In this document: positions 14,143-27,969 of the stretch, one piece after another
Position numbering within the stretch: the stretch's first letter is position 1
Layout of the letters: each line of letters begins with the position of its first letter
Source of the DNA: Octopus sinensis
Taxonomy: Eukaryota
DNA length: 64,000 nt
Assembly (NCBI RefSeq): GCF_006345805.1
Contig: NC_043008.1
Location: 1,736,001-1,800,000, forward strand
Direction of reading: 5' to 3'
Program-made: the position numbers and the translations under genes
The notes under the pieces: model-generated
The model's input: the letters and a program-made list of their open reading frames with translations, nothing else
The model's database searches: none
What the model was told of the DNA's origin: nothing

Positions 14143-14289
14143 TAATCGTTTTAAGTGCCAATTTTGTACAAGACATTGTAGATATTTAGCTGGGCCAAAA
14201 AGTCACATTCCATCACAGCACTGTTAACAGCATATATGCATATATGTGTGTATATAAATATTTATATAAATGCACACATATGCATACAT

Positions 14290-14355
<66 letters not shown>

Positions 14356-14486
14356 AATGTGTGTGTGCGTGCGTGTGTGTGAGTGTGAAGGATGAACTCT
14401 ACTGTCAAATGCGATATACAAGGGTCAGGTTTTTTCTTAAAGAATTTCACAAATGATTTGTATATGCTGACTAAATGTTTTTTTTA

Positions 14487-14658
14487 TGCCACACAGTAGG
14501 TTCCTCTCTCTATCAAAGCGACATTACTTGGACAGCTGTATAATTTACTACACATAGCGTGTCGAAGTACACCCCATACCCCACCGGGTCTGGGAATTGA
14601 AATCATAATCTAGCCATCATGAGTGCAACAAACTAACCACTAAGTCATGCGCTCTCAC
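14487..14658 (-). mobile_element. tRNA-derived SINE (second family)
   Basis: Minus strand begins gcgcatgacttagtggttag (A-box-like) and has atttcaattccc (degenerate B-box); no complete cloverleaf. Confidence 0.6.
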
Positions 14659-14760
14659 TATTTGTATATATATATATATATTTAATATGGGATAACATTT
14701 TTTCGAAAAAAGATTGTATCAATGGCCAGCATATTAAAAAATACCTTTAACGGTTAAAAT

Positions 14761-15046
14761 TATAAACGACTCATAAATAAGGGCAAACGAAAACATTTCT
14801 AATGCCAAATATGCCGAAAAATTGGATATATTGTCCATTAACATATAATTTTTCACACTATGCACGCTACCCCAAAAAAGCCGACAGGAATCTCTAAAAA
14901 ATTCCATTATTACCATATCGTACCGATTTCAGGGTTAGTTCGTAAGAACCCTCCATTCGTCATATTGTGAAAAATTATACGGTAATGGACAATATGTCCA
15001 ATTTTTCGGCATATTTGGCATTGCCCTTATTTATAAGTTGTTTATA
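14761..15046. mobile_element. MITE-like element with about 90-bp terminal inverted repeats, TA ends
   Basis: tataaacgactcataaataagggcaa...tgccaaatatgccgaaaaattggatatattgtccatta...tttcacactatg (14761-14862) pairs with 14961-15046; left arm has about 15 extra nt; spacer about 98 bp. Confidence 0.75.
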
Positions 15047-15074
15047 TATATATATATAAATATATATATATATA

Positions 15075-15310
15075 CACGAGGGTGGGTCAGGAACTATTAC
15101 TATTTTGTTTAGTACCGGTATAATTACGAACACAGGGACATGTATCATACATCAAAATACAGAAACTAAAGCATTGGTTCATGTTGGATAGATATCCAAC
15201 ATGTTTAGTGGACACGAAACCGACCGGTTTTAAGTATCCACAACAAAATAAGGCAACCCAATTTTGCATGGTTTCAGTTTTGTGGATGTGTTCAGTTGTC
15301 TGGTATATTC
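15075..15310 (+). mobile_element. Probable mariner end/deletion derivative
   Basis: cacgagggtgggtcaggaa resembles a mariner TIR after TA; gtttcagttttgtggatgtg is shared with the relic near 17190. Confidence 0.35.
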
Positions 15311-15769
15311 AGAAATCGATTGAAGGAAGCTATCATTATAACTAGCATTAATATAATAGACTATATACTTGTCAATCACATTCGTGTACTTTAAAGAATA
15401 TGTTCTATTGACAATATATTTCTAGAACAATGTCCAGCCACTGCATGCAATATTTTGCAATGAGTGATGTAATTACCCTGACAGCTATAGCCATTTTAAT
15501 AACACTTGTTCTATTCCTCTTTATACCGCAATTACTTCAATCATACAATGCTGATGCAATTACGATGCTATCTACTGCAGACATTCACTAAATATTTTCA
15601 GTTGATAAACGCTACGTCGACGCTGTATCAAATAGATTACGTTCTGAGTAAATAGCCTTCTAGTAGGATATAGTGTTGATACAGAAAGCGTAAGTAAAGC
15701 AAGCTGTGAACTCTTCTTCGTCATATGTTGAATTCAAAATAGAATTACTTTTGATATGTCTGTGTTTAC

Positions 15770-15990
15770 TTTTAATCTTTTACTCATCGTATTCATCAAA
15801 CTGCGGTCATGCTGGAGCACCGCCTTGACTAATTTATAGTCGAATGGATAAACACCACGGCTTATGCATTTTTAAGTCAGGTACTTGTTCAATTTCACCA
15901 TGTTGCCGCCCAGTGAGGACGTAAATACATTAAGACCTGTTGTCAAGAGGTGGTGGAATAGAGACACAGACACAAAAATACAGAAGGACA
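15770..15990. mobile_element. Interspersed SINE-like repeat running into (CA)n/(TATC)n
   Basis: ctgcggtcatgctggagcaccgcctt...ggacgtaaatac...ttgtcaagaggtggtgg matches a common octopus repeat as I recall it; unverified. Confidence 0.45.
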
Positions 15991-16113
15991 CACGGACACA
16001 TAGACACACGTAAACATTAGATACACACATATACACAGACAAACACACCCGAAAACATAGACGCACAAACACATAACAATAACACACACATATTTATCTC
16101 CCTCTCTATATCC

Positions 16114-16183
<70 letters not shown>

Positions 16184-16194
16184 ATATCTATCTA

Positions 16195-16260
<66 letters not shown>

Positions 16261-16689
16261 ATATATATATATGATGGGTTTCTTACAGTTTCCTTCAAAC
16301 AAATAGATTCACGCGCCTTTAATTGGCTGAAGCAAACCACTCACAACACAGCCACGCTCGCGCCTCTTTTTATAGTTTCAAAGTTCCCAATCAGCAAAAG
16401 TATAGCTAAAAATTTCTAATTTCCATCAGCCACAGTAACATATTTAATATTTCTTTTACTCAGTGAATTAAAACATATGAATTAATACGATATAGTTTAA
16501 TAGTGTATATGTAGTAGTGTTTAGCTATGAGTGTGATTGCATATATTTTAGTGTGTGTGTCTACATATATGTATTATGGCGAGCAGAGGTTTTCATAATC
16601 TGCCCTCATGAAAAACTGAATTGTTTCTGATATCGGACTATTCTATGACGTCGTCCAGTGTAACAAGTAACGAAATCTCTTGAATATGG

Positions 16690-17460
16690 ACCCAAGGTCA
16701 TTCATGCTGACATGGCTATTTCAGTAGGGTTTGCAGCATCAATATCGTCAAAAGTGCAAATGGGGCAGCTGAACTTCGAAGTAAACACAACATTGGAACT
16801 TTGCAACTTTCACTATCACAGTAAATTTTGGACATACTCCATATCTCATGAGGGGAGTTTGACTATAAATGGAATAGCCAATATTTTTAGCATATTCCAC
16901 GAGAGATTTGAGAGTATTCTTCATAATGAAATTGGTATGGTGAAATTTTCTCTTCAGTGGGTTCCACATCTTATTACAGCTGACCAAAAGCGCACAAAAC
17001 TGATCGCATAAAAGGAAAATCTGACATTGTTTGAGGCACATCCAACCTGTTTCCGTCAACGTTTCCTAACCCAAGAAGAGTGTTGACAGCATTACTTTGA
17101 GCCAGAGGCAAAGTGACGATCAATACAGTGGAAAATGCCCCTACTCGCTCCATGATGGAGATGTTTCATCGGTAAATATGGTAATGGTTTCAGTTTTGGG
17201 GATGTGATATGCATATTTTATTGGCTTTCAAAATGGGCACACCACCAATGGAGAGAATTGTGTCAACATACTGAGGCAAATGTGAAAGTCTATACAGATC
17301 TGACACCAAGGAAAACTGAAGACAGGTGTCTTGTTTCAGCTGGACAAATATGGAGCAAGCAAGTCCGTGATTATTGTATGTCTTGCAACATAAAAAATAA
17401 AACTTGTCTGGGAACCAGTATCACAATTATGATGAAGTCATGTATCCTAGAATCTAAGTA
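16690..17460 (+). mobile_element. Mariner transposase relic with stops and frameshifts
   Basis: ESILHNEIGMVKFSLQWVPHLITADQKR (WVPHxL motif), then ENLTLFEAHP..FL TQEEC*QHYFEPEAK*RSIQWK (first catalytic Asp region). Confidence 0.85.
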
Positions 17461-17826
17461 TTGAAACATTGATGGAAGAAATTAAGAAGTATGTGGAAGA
17501 AGTAAGTAAAGAAGTTCGAACCAAGATTCTTCTTAAAAACATCCCTCATTTGGTCACATTCTCACGAACTATTCTGGTCTGCCTTTTAAGTTATCAGCAG
17601 TCCTCTCGTATATTTGTGCAATGAGGCACACATTTTCACAACGCCCAAAACGGAGCGGGGAGCCGTTGGCATAATATTCATTTAATGTATGTTTGGTGTG
17701 TGATCCAATATATATAAATATATATATACACAGAGAGTGAGAGATAGACATAGAGATTTATACATTCATATACATATACACGAATGTATATATATGTAGA
17801 TGTACACACGCATACACACGCACACA

Positions 17827-17889
<63 letters not shown>

Positions 17890-18003
17890 CCATATATATA
17901 CATATATATATATATATGTGTGTATACATATATATATATATGTATATATATATACATACACACACACACACACCACACACACATATATATATATATATAT
18001 ATA

Positions 18004-18036
<33 letters not shown>

Positions 18037-18040
18037 GGCG

Positions 18041-18200
18041 CTTGTATAGTGTTTGTTGAAGTAAAACCATCTTTTGGAGAGTGGGTCTCAATGAAGTGGT
18101 AATTAAGTTTTTACATTGCCTTGTATAGTGTTTGTTGAAGTAAAACCATCTTTTGGAGAGTGGGTCTCAATGAAGTGGTAATTAAGTTTTTACATTGCCT
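18041..18200. repeat. Perfect tandem duplication, 79-bp unit x2
   Basis: cttgtatagtgtttgttgaag...tttttacattgc repeated at 18041 and 18120. Confidence 0.95.
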
Positions 18201-18405
18201 GTTATGGAAAGGTTAACTTTTGGGTTATGTTTTTGTTTCGAAATTATTCATGCATGCAGATCTTTGCAAATAAGCTTGTAGGAGTGCCCTTTTTGTCAGG
18301 AAGGCAATATTTCTTCTGTTTTTTGGGTTTTATTGCATGTAATACTTTTGTTGTCACAACTTAAATGTCATATATGTATATATATATATACACACACACA
18401 CACAC

Positions 18406-18470
<65 letters not shown>

Positions 18471-18619
18471 TATATATATATAATATATATATATATATAT
18501 TTACTTATGTTGATGCAACACAGAACCCAAAATATGAGTATGTTTATATTTTTATTAACATATTTATCAGTAGCAACAGCGTGACGCAACGGTCGATATA
18601 TTCCTGCTTTGGCACTTAC

Positions 18620-18681
18620 CAAAATTCTGATAGATGCCAACGCAGGAAACTTTCAGCCCTCGGGTCACTCTGCTGCTTCTG
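18620..18681 (-). CDS. Candidate 62-nt exon
   Basis: aatatttag acceptor, G|gtaagt donor, two frames open ([20 protein letters not shown] / [20 protein letters not shown]), GC-elevated. No homology recognised. Confidence 0.2.
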
Positions 18682-20636
18682 CTAAATATTAACAAATATA
18701 TAATGCATGTCTCCTCATGTGTGAGTGTCTGGGTGTATGCGCGTGCGCGCGCGTATACGCATGTGAGTATACATGTATATAATGTTAATATAGATATGTA
18801 CATATTGACATAATACTACGTTCACACACATGTATATAATTGCATAGAATTATATTTCAGAGTTACAGAACGTATTTGCTTACTTCATGTTCTGTTCGTT
18901 ATATTTACCTTTACTGATATTTGTGCAAGATTCGTTTTGCATTTCAGCATTTGTCATGCGCGTGTTTGGTGTTGAATTTGAATAATTTATCTCAGTATCA
19001 ATTACCTCGCTTTTCATTCACTCTTTCAATCCCAATATTTAAAACTGACATTGGATTCTATCTATTTTTAATAATGTCCTACTTCCGAAGTTTCATAGAA
19101 AATAAGATAAAGGGAGGAAAGTAGGCGGAAGTGAGAGTTAATAAGTAATTGTTGTGTAGGTAGACAACTAATTTTACACAGGAGAAATTTTTCAATGTGT
19201 GTGTGAACATATTTGCATAGATCAAAATGGCATATTTTGTATTTTAGCAACGACATAATTTAAGCCTAATTCATGACTTTCGATGAAGAGCGAGCTTTTC
19301 TGTCTCAATTTCGTAGATTATTAGATTACGTTTTTTGTCGTTCATATCAAAGAGAGCATTTAATGAATTTCTGGGTGTAGAAGGTTTTGCGTGGAAATAA
19401 TGTTTTAGTATCAGGTTTCAGTATTCTACACATTGTATTTGTCACTCAGGAATGATTACTGCTTATGTGCGTCATGGCCTTCTCGAAAATGATACAAGCT
19501 TACGTTCCATTTCCATGTATGTGTGTATGTGCATAAGTATAAATATATCTATGCATATATGCATAGATATATACGATGTTGAGCAGATATTGATGAGATC
19601 CGATAGATAAAGCTTTCCACAGTAGATTTTAAAACGGAGATGGGTGGTAGGAGAGACGTTCACGGAGTTGATGTTTTCTTCGGGTTTGTGGTATGGGTAG
19701 ACGATTTGGTTTTGCAAGTCTAGTTACGTCCAAGAAATTTAAAGTTTTAGCATTTTTATAGAATGAGATGCTAAAGGCAACGTTTAAAAAAACGTATCTT
19801 AATACTTTTCAAGTCTAATCGATTTTCCATTTGCTAGAATTTTGGATGACGAACAGAGGGTCGTCTCTCTATCGGCTACCGTTGGATGAATCGTTGCAGG
19901 TCCAGTATTTTCCATTAAACATATTTTTGGCGGGCTGCTAATATTATATCAATATCATCGCGATAAGTATTTTTAGTACCTTATATAGAAAAATAGGAGA
20001 TATACTGGAGTAGTATTTATTGATGTCGACTCGTATGAATGTAAAAGTCTGCTTACAGCATAGAGAATTGAACCACGGTAGAGCTTCAGTAGTTTTGCTC
20101 CAAAGTTTTTATGTGAATGTGGCGGGAATTTACGGTGTTAAGTGATTGAGAATAATTTTGCTGAGCTTACTTATGTCGGAGCTGCAGAGTCAGATTAGGC
20201 GAACTGAGGAGTTCGCTGCAGAAGTTTCATTTGTGATCCTTTATATATATATTCAATCTATCTCATCTTAATTTCCTATTGTTAATTACATCTGCTATCA
20301 TTGGCTTTGATCCGTATAGGAACACTAAGTTAAGATTTTGGCGCAGAAGAATCGATGGAAGTTATTGCTCATCTATTTGTAATGTGCCACGTGCTCTTTG
20401 TTGATTTACGAGAAGTCACATCTAGCAACTGAGCTGGACTTGAATATTGTTAAGTTATACAATCATGGTCACTGACGAACGACGCGAATGACTTGGAAGT
20501 GTGTAAGCGTATATTTGTGTAAACGCTGTTTGTGTATATATGTATGTATATTTACATATTTATTTACTTATTCATTCATACGCACAAGCACACACAAATG
20601 TATGTATAAATATATGAATGTATTTACATCTATCCG

Positions 20637-20669
<33 letters not shown>

Positions 20670-20742
20670 ATATTGATGCACCCATATATACATACATACA
20701 TATATATATATATCTAGAGATATATACATGCCTAAATATATG

Positions 20743-20773
<31 letters not shown>

Positions 20774-21789
20774 GTGTGTGTGTGTGTTTGTGTGTTTGTG
20801 TGTGTGTTTTCAAATTAAAATCCATAAGCGTGGAGTAGTTTGCGTTAATATAATTTATTAACTACAAAAATTCAACTTGTTCCCTTACAGTTGTTTAGAG
20901 TTTGCCCAGCGGTGCAAATATCACTAGAGACAGAAAGAAGACGTGGACAGTAATTACCAGACGAATACGAGTGAAATATGTAATCGGCGATTTAAATGGA
21001 TGACATGGTATGTTAATACAGCTGTCGGCTCTCTATCTAACCCTCATTCCGAGCATTCAAACAACAATATGAGTCTTCAAAGACAAATGCACCCATATTA
21101 TACCAAAATGAAATTTTGAATTTATGGATGGTCAATGTTTGGAACAAAAACAGTGGTAACATACAAGGAAACCGAACGAAAACAAACACGGAGGGTCGTT
21201 AGACCGGAACGAAAAGATAATAGTGAAAACTGGGAGAGGCATTTATTGAAAAGAGAAAAACTAAAAGAGAGAGAGAGCCTTTTAGACATCCGAGCACAAA
21301 AAGTAATTTGGTCATCTCAGAAAAAGAAGGATGAACGATGGTCACGTGTGAGTAACGGGAGACAGGGAAAAAGAAAGAGTAAGAAGGGTAGAGAAAATAG
21401 AAAAAGAGTGGGGGAGAGAGAAAGACAAAGCGGGGAGAGAAAGAGAAAGAGAAACAGGAGAGAGAGATAGATAAAACCGGTGAAGGAGTGGGGGAGAAAG
21501 GGAATTAGAGAAGCATGCGGGAAGAAAGAAGCAAATACGTGAGGAAGAAACAGTATAGAGAAGAGACTCGCACAAAAAATGGTGAAGATAACCTTACTTG
21601 AGAATTGCCACCTCGCGTTCAGTTAAATAAATAATACGATATATATATAGTATAGTCATATATATATATATATATATATATATGGTTATCCGTAATAATG
21701 AAGGGTGAAATTAATTAATTTGGAATAATTATCAATTACACCAAGTAGTCTTCGGCATGTAAAAGCCTCATTCGAGGAAAATTTAAGTA

Positions 21790-22036
21790 ATACTAAGCAA
21801 TAAAGGGTTTAGCAACGAATTGCCTTACCACATACCGAATTTAGAAATAGCAGTCAAAGAGTTATAGCTATTTCTTCTACTAAAAAGGGAGATCTCAGTA
21901 AAAACAGCTGCCTTCCAATTGCTGTTTTTACTGAGATCTCCCTTTTTAGTAGAACAAATAGCTATAACTCTTTGACTGCTATTTCTAAATTCGGTATGTG
22001 GTAAGGCAATTCGGTGCTAAACCCTTTATTGCTTAG

Positions 22037-22039
<3 letters not shown>
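21790..22039. repeat. Near-perfect palindrome: 119-bp arms, 12-nt loop, 2 mismatches
   Basis: atactaagcaataaagggtttagc...ctcagtaaaaacagc / tgccttccaatt / gctgtttttactgag...gcttagtat; right arm runs into (TA)n. Confidence 0.95.
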
Positions 22040-22096
<57 letters not shown>

Positions 22097-25000
22097 TATT
22101 ATTTATTTATTTAATTGAACGCTACGCATTAATTCTATATAGGTTTAAAAAATGCAGCGGTCTTTTAAAGATGTTTATTTACTTGACCAGTTTCATTTTC
22201 CAAAATAGAAAACAAAAATAAAACATTATCAAACCTAAAATGTAAAGCTTTGTTGCGTTAAAAATTCTTAGCATAATTGCATTAAAATACAGTTATGCAG
22301 TATGTGATAATGATAACAAAATGCTAAAAAATGAAATCTTTGACAATGAGAAGAACATGTTAAGAGGGTCTTTTTGTTTAAACAGTTTATATGAAAGTGT
22401 TCAAAATAGGTAATGAAATAATTGAATAATTATCTTAAGTTCATCAAACACAAGCACACACACACACGCACAAACACACACACATATATATATACACACT
22501 CACACCATTTTGAACTGCAAGACCAATCCCCAAAAAACGCTGAACCAAGGCAGCCTAGCCCAGGCACAAATAAATCCTTTTGATTCCACAATTCTCTTTC
22601 GCTCGCCGACCAACGTGCCACACTATTTCTAAAAATAGCAGATATTTCTTGTACAAGACAGGAGATGAAGGATGGAAAAGTTGGTCATCCCCTAATATTC
22701 TGTATAAATACTTAAATCTCATTCCTTCTGTATATATGCTTATACACAACCATGATTTTTGATGAACTTACAAAAGTAATTATAAATTTATTCTACAATA
22801 AATTAACGAGTAACGAGAAAAGACCCTAATTTGTCAGTCAATTGTTTTACAATTAATCACGTGCAATGTTGCACATTCCTCTCTCAAATAGTTATGACAC
22901 GAACATATAAGCACCGCATTTTAATTTATCAATTACTTCTACATTTACCAATATACTGTCATTATTTATATGGTTATCTTTTAATCTACATTGAACTCTT
23001 GGATTGAAATTACAATTAATTGCCGACAATTTCTCGGTTTGTTCCCTCAATTTCTTTCCATGAAACATATGTCGATATTATTGCATTAGTCAGCGTCATT
23101 ACGAAAAACACAATCAAAACAACTGCAATGATTGTCATCATCTCCTTCATCATCATCGATATCATTATCATCATTATCTTGATCATTATAATTACCTTCA
23201 TCTGAATATTTTTCTTTGTTACCAATTATTTTTTTTGAGTTGTTGGTTTAGCTATTTCATTGATTGTATTTCATTCAGGATATGTCGTACAAAATTCTTG
23301 TAATCTTTTTCGTCTTGAACAAGAGATCATATCGCTATTCATCCGAAAAGTAACACAAGATGGAAATTACAGAAACGATCTCAAGTTTATCTATAATTAG
23401 TCTGTTGACATACGTTCATACTTCTGCAAGAGCGATGATAAATAGCAAAATTATTGATAAAATATATGTTCCCTTTAGATAAACATTTTAAACCTTAAAC
23501 ATATCAGCTTAACGACAATTGTGTAATATTGCTTTTTTGATACACAATAATTGTCTTCTTATTTGCTTTGTATATTTTTGGCTTAACTGCAATTTTGTAG
23601 TGCATTTGTCAGCGGATTTATTCCATAGATAACAGACCGTTGTAAAGAAACATTCGTTTCAGCCAACTAAAATCATATTTTCTTACGTTATAATTTTGGG
23701 GACGTAATGAATTACACCAGATATACTTCATAATATATCTAGAGAGATATTTATCCTGCGTTGCTTATTTGTACCATGATATGTATAATAAGCATCCATA
23801 GTTATCGTTCGAGCCAAAGGCATCAACCCACGATGGATTCATACTGTAATAGTGAGCTTGTAACATACAACGATCAGGAGTTTCGCAACAAGTCGAAAAA
23901 GGGTAAAAGGGAGGAGAGAATACAGAAAAATTAATTAAAGAACGGCAGCTCCGAAAGAGAGCAGTGCATGCATAATAAATAGAATAAAGCAACAATTAGA
24001 CAGAAACGCGAATAGAAAAAGAACAAAAGCCGTAAAGGTACGTCTCGAAAGTTTTTCAAATTGCGGTATATTGCTTCCTGCTTAGGTTTTAGGCGAGTAG
24101 AGTAAATCAATAAAGAAATGTTATTGTGTTTCCATGTTTATAGCAATTGAATAATATTTACTTGGCAAATGTTTCCGTGAGAATATTTGCACTCAACAAA
24201 TATTCCATTACATAGATTTTCGGTTATTCACTGCATAAATAAGCAATCGAAATCTTGTGAGTCAATATTGGCATCTCATGTCTTGTAGTAGTATTTTCAT
24301 GGTGTCAAATTGTGGTTTTGATTTACTAACCTTTATTATCATATTTCTCTACCTTTGTTTCATTTTTATCCAAACCATTTAGGGTTTTGTATATATTTTA
24401 GGAGAGAAAATGTTTAAATATCTTTTGTAATTCTTGAAGAAAGTTTTATCTCATATAGATTCACAATATTTGAATAAATCCCTTTTTCTATTCTAGGTTT
24501 GTCACTGGCTCAAAATAGGCTACCGTGTGTCAGAAATACCCATTTAACATGTATACAATTAAAACACTTCACACTCGTTTCTATTATTTTAGCGTGAATA
24601 TTTTCTTTATTAATTATTTTGTATTTATTATTGTCAAAACAAGAATGAAGGCCATACTCTGCGTTAATTAATCAGTTTCTCGAAATATATTAAACTATCC
24701 CTGAAGAATAACGTTTCACTCACACACACACACCGACGAGCGCATCAGATTTTTTTATGACTAAGATACAATGTGTTGGTTTCAGCATATTAAATGAAAT
24801 ATTATACAACTTGCAATTTTCTTTGCATTTTTGAACAGGTCAATTCCCCATTGGTTATATTATTGAGAACTGAACGTCCCAAAATCGCTTATGTTCATTT
24901 TAAGTGCGGGCATTAAATTCTTCAGCACTAGTAGGAAAGAAATCTGAAGGAATTTACTCAATAGCATCGTGAACTTCTTCAAAATAAATAATCAGTTTCC

Positions 25001-26095
25001 CTTCTAAATAATGTTGTGATGATCTGAAAATATGATATTCAAATCAATAATGGAATTAAAGGAGGATAAGAAAAGATCTGTATATACTGGAATATTTCAT
25101 GATGGTTTCCGGTGCGAATTGTACAAAATGATATATGAAATTACTGTACAAAACAGTTGTATAATCTTTACCAATGACCATTGATAATCGATTTTCTGCA
25201 ATACTTCCAACAGATAGCAAATCATTTCTGAATTAACTATATCGCTTTGGCTTCACACCTTGTTTGTATATTTAATCTAAGGCGTCCCTGTAAATAATAA
25301 TTTATATTTACTAAAATAAGTAAGAAACCATGGTCCAGGAATTATATGGTAAATGTTTATATTTTTCATTCCCTTCGAGAATATATCCCTAATTAGTGGT
25401 TTCGACTTTAACTCTTCTTTCTAGCGTAAATGATTCCTATGATGGAAGCCTCTTCATGTGTATTAATGTACACTGTATTTTATATGAATATATATATATA
25501 TATATACAAATATTCTATAATTATATTTATAATTATAGAATATTTATATACTTTTACCTAAAAAAGATTATTTCAACGTACCGAACTATTTTGTAAAATA
25601 ATTAATTATTAATTAATTAATTGCTTAATCAATTAATTAATTTTTCCCTTTTATTATTATTGATATGTGTGTGTGTGTGTGTGTGTGTATTTTTCAAATC
25701 CAAGTATTGATTGGTGTAGGGAATAATTGAGCTTCAGGCAATCCGTAATAAATATAAAAAAGACAACGTTCAGGGACGATGGTGGTTTATTGAGATGGAA
25801 GTTCGCTGATTTATTCGTATCGAAGTACGATAAACTGAAAAGAAATGAATTTTATACTTCATAGTAGTCGGGTATGCGAATAAGAATAGAATAGGTAAGG
25901 AAGGACGTAGATAAGATCGGGGCTACATATGATTCATAGCATGCAGAACCTCGAAAGTGGTAAATATCCAAACGAGGTGTATACCGGAGGTAAATGCAAT
26001 TGAGTAAACCTTCCTCAAATATTTCAGGCACTGATCTTGCCAAAGATAGTATATATGCATATGTTTTCGTATATGTAGGCACAACCAGACTCACT

Positions 26096-26132
<37 letters not shown>

Positions 26133-27919
26133 CGCACACACATACATAAGCACAACACAAACTAATATGTATATCTATGTGTGCATATATAGAGAGAATC
26201 AGTAGGGTATATGATACCACTTACTAAAACCAGAGCCAAGGCTGCAAAACCATCATAAACTCACACTAAAGTAACAATGGACGTTAACAATACGTCTTTA
26301 TTTAAAATTTATTCGTGCTCACGATACTTCTCTTTTAAACGGAACGGTACGTTTAAAGTAAGGAACGCACACGTGCTATAAACTGTTATATATATCTGTG
26401 ATTATGCGAGTATTTGTCGACAAACACATACACACATGTATATATTGTATACATATAATTATAGAAATGCTCATACTTTATCCATAACAATGTAATGCTG
26501 TACCATAGCTTTCCACCCTTGGAATCCCGTTTGTTTGATTTCCCGACATAATGAGCTTTACTTTTGCGACATCCGTGTATTTTAAAGTATTTTAGTCAAG
26601 CCAATATGAGCCCAGGTCATATCGAATGGGTGATTGTCATTCTAACGCAGCAGAAAAATTACGTTTGATTACGAAAACTGATCGCTCACTTCAATGAATG
26701 CCTATATTAATATGATGATATATAAAATATTATATTACATAACAAAGTGGTTCAATCAGAAAGTCGGGAAATTCAGTTAAATATTTTAAATATTATGAAA
26801 AACCCAAGTGCCATCAAGTGGAATATTTTCGAACTATCAGCGTTTTCTTCATCCTCGCAGCATCCTTAATCTAGCCATATTTGATAGGACATTTCTATAT
26901 ACCATTATTCTTCATATCGTTCATGATTGCCGGAAATAACAGACATGAGACTCCAACGGCATTGCAAACTATATCAACGAATATATCTTGCCGGGAGTTA
27001 AACATTAATTCTTTGCTCCGTCTTTTGTTGTCTCTTCGTTTTTATTTAAAGGTTAAGCTATGATATTTTAGTGAATGTACTGATAAAAATACGAGCAATA
27101 TTGGATTGTAAAACATCATGATATCATCAAAATATTCTGTTGCATAATTGATTACGGTGACGAAGTAAATGTAAATGCTCTGCAACAATACGATATTAAA
27201 TAATATGCCAGGCATTGGTTCCATATTATGCGATGACAGTAATTAAGAAAATTTGATTAATGCAATTTATATAAGGCAACATCAGTATGAAACGTTAACA
27301 TGGAGTCAGTCTCAATAAATTATTACCAATATTAACAAGTTTTATATTCACTTCTGGCGTCAAGTAGTGCTGGAAATATATACTTAGATATTTTTACTAA
27401 AACTTCTGCCAATGTAAAATATAAATCGTAATATTCTTATCGATATCTAACTTTGCCATTAAGCGATTAATAAATTTATTTCCTACTTTATCTAGTGCAC
27501 AGGCGTGAAGTGGTAAGTATTTCACTGGTGTAAAAATATCACTTAATTCGCTTAATGATCTTATAAAATTCACAAGAGCAAATTGCGCCTTGTGATTTTA
27601 ATAAACTAATTGGAGTTTGAAAATGAAAACTTAATACAGTTACAGTATTTTACTCACTAAACCATCCTTAGGGAATTTCATAGCACCCCGGAATGATTTA
27701 TTAAATTAGTGATAAATGAGAATTTTAAGTTTATATTTTTATTCATATATATTCTTGCACGTATCCAAAGAAATGTTCAGCGGGTAAGTTGTTTAACACT
27801 CACATCATGATAGGGTTAATATATTATATCTTTCTTAAAAAACAAAAGCCTGCTATGGAGACATGATTTCGAAGGTAATCCTGGAATGTAAATAAACATA
27901 TTGCCAATACTAAGCAGGA

Positions 27920-27969
27920 AAGTATAATTCTATTTAAGTATAATTCTAGTAAGTATAATTCTATTTAAG
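27920..27969. repeat. Minisatellite, 15-16-bp unit x3 (aagtataattctattt)
   Basis: Direct reading. Confidence 0.9.

Noticed and set aside
21135-21470. 111-aa K/R/E-rich ORF
   Set aside because: Driven by a purine-rich low-complexity tract that lacks stop codons compositionally.
23016-23225. Transmembrane-looking ORF (MMTIIAVVLIVFFV...)
   Set aside because: Derived from a degenerate (ATC/GAT)n repeat; no splice or homology support.
25862-26050. Three adjacent acceptor/donor pairs suggesting consecutive exons
   Set aside because: Intervening introns would be only about 38-46 nt, so they cannot all be real; this shows how common chance splice signals are here.
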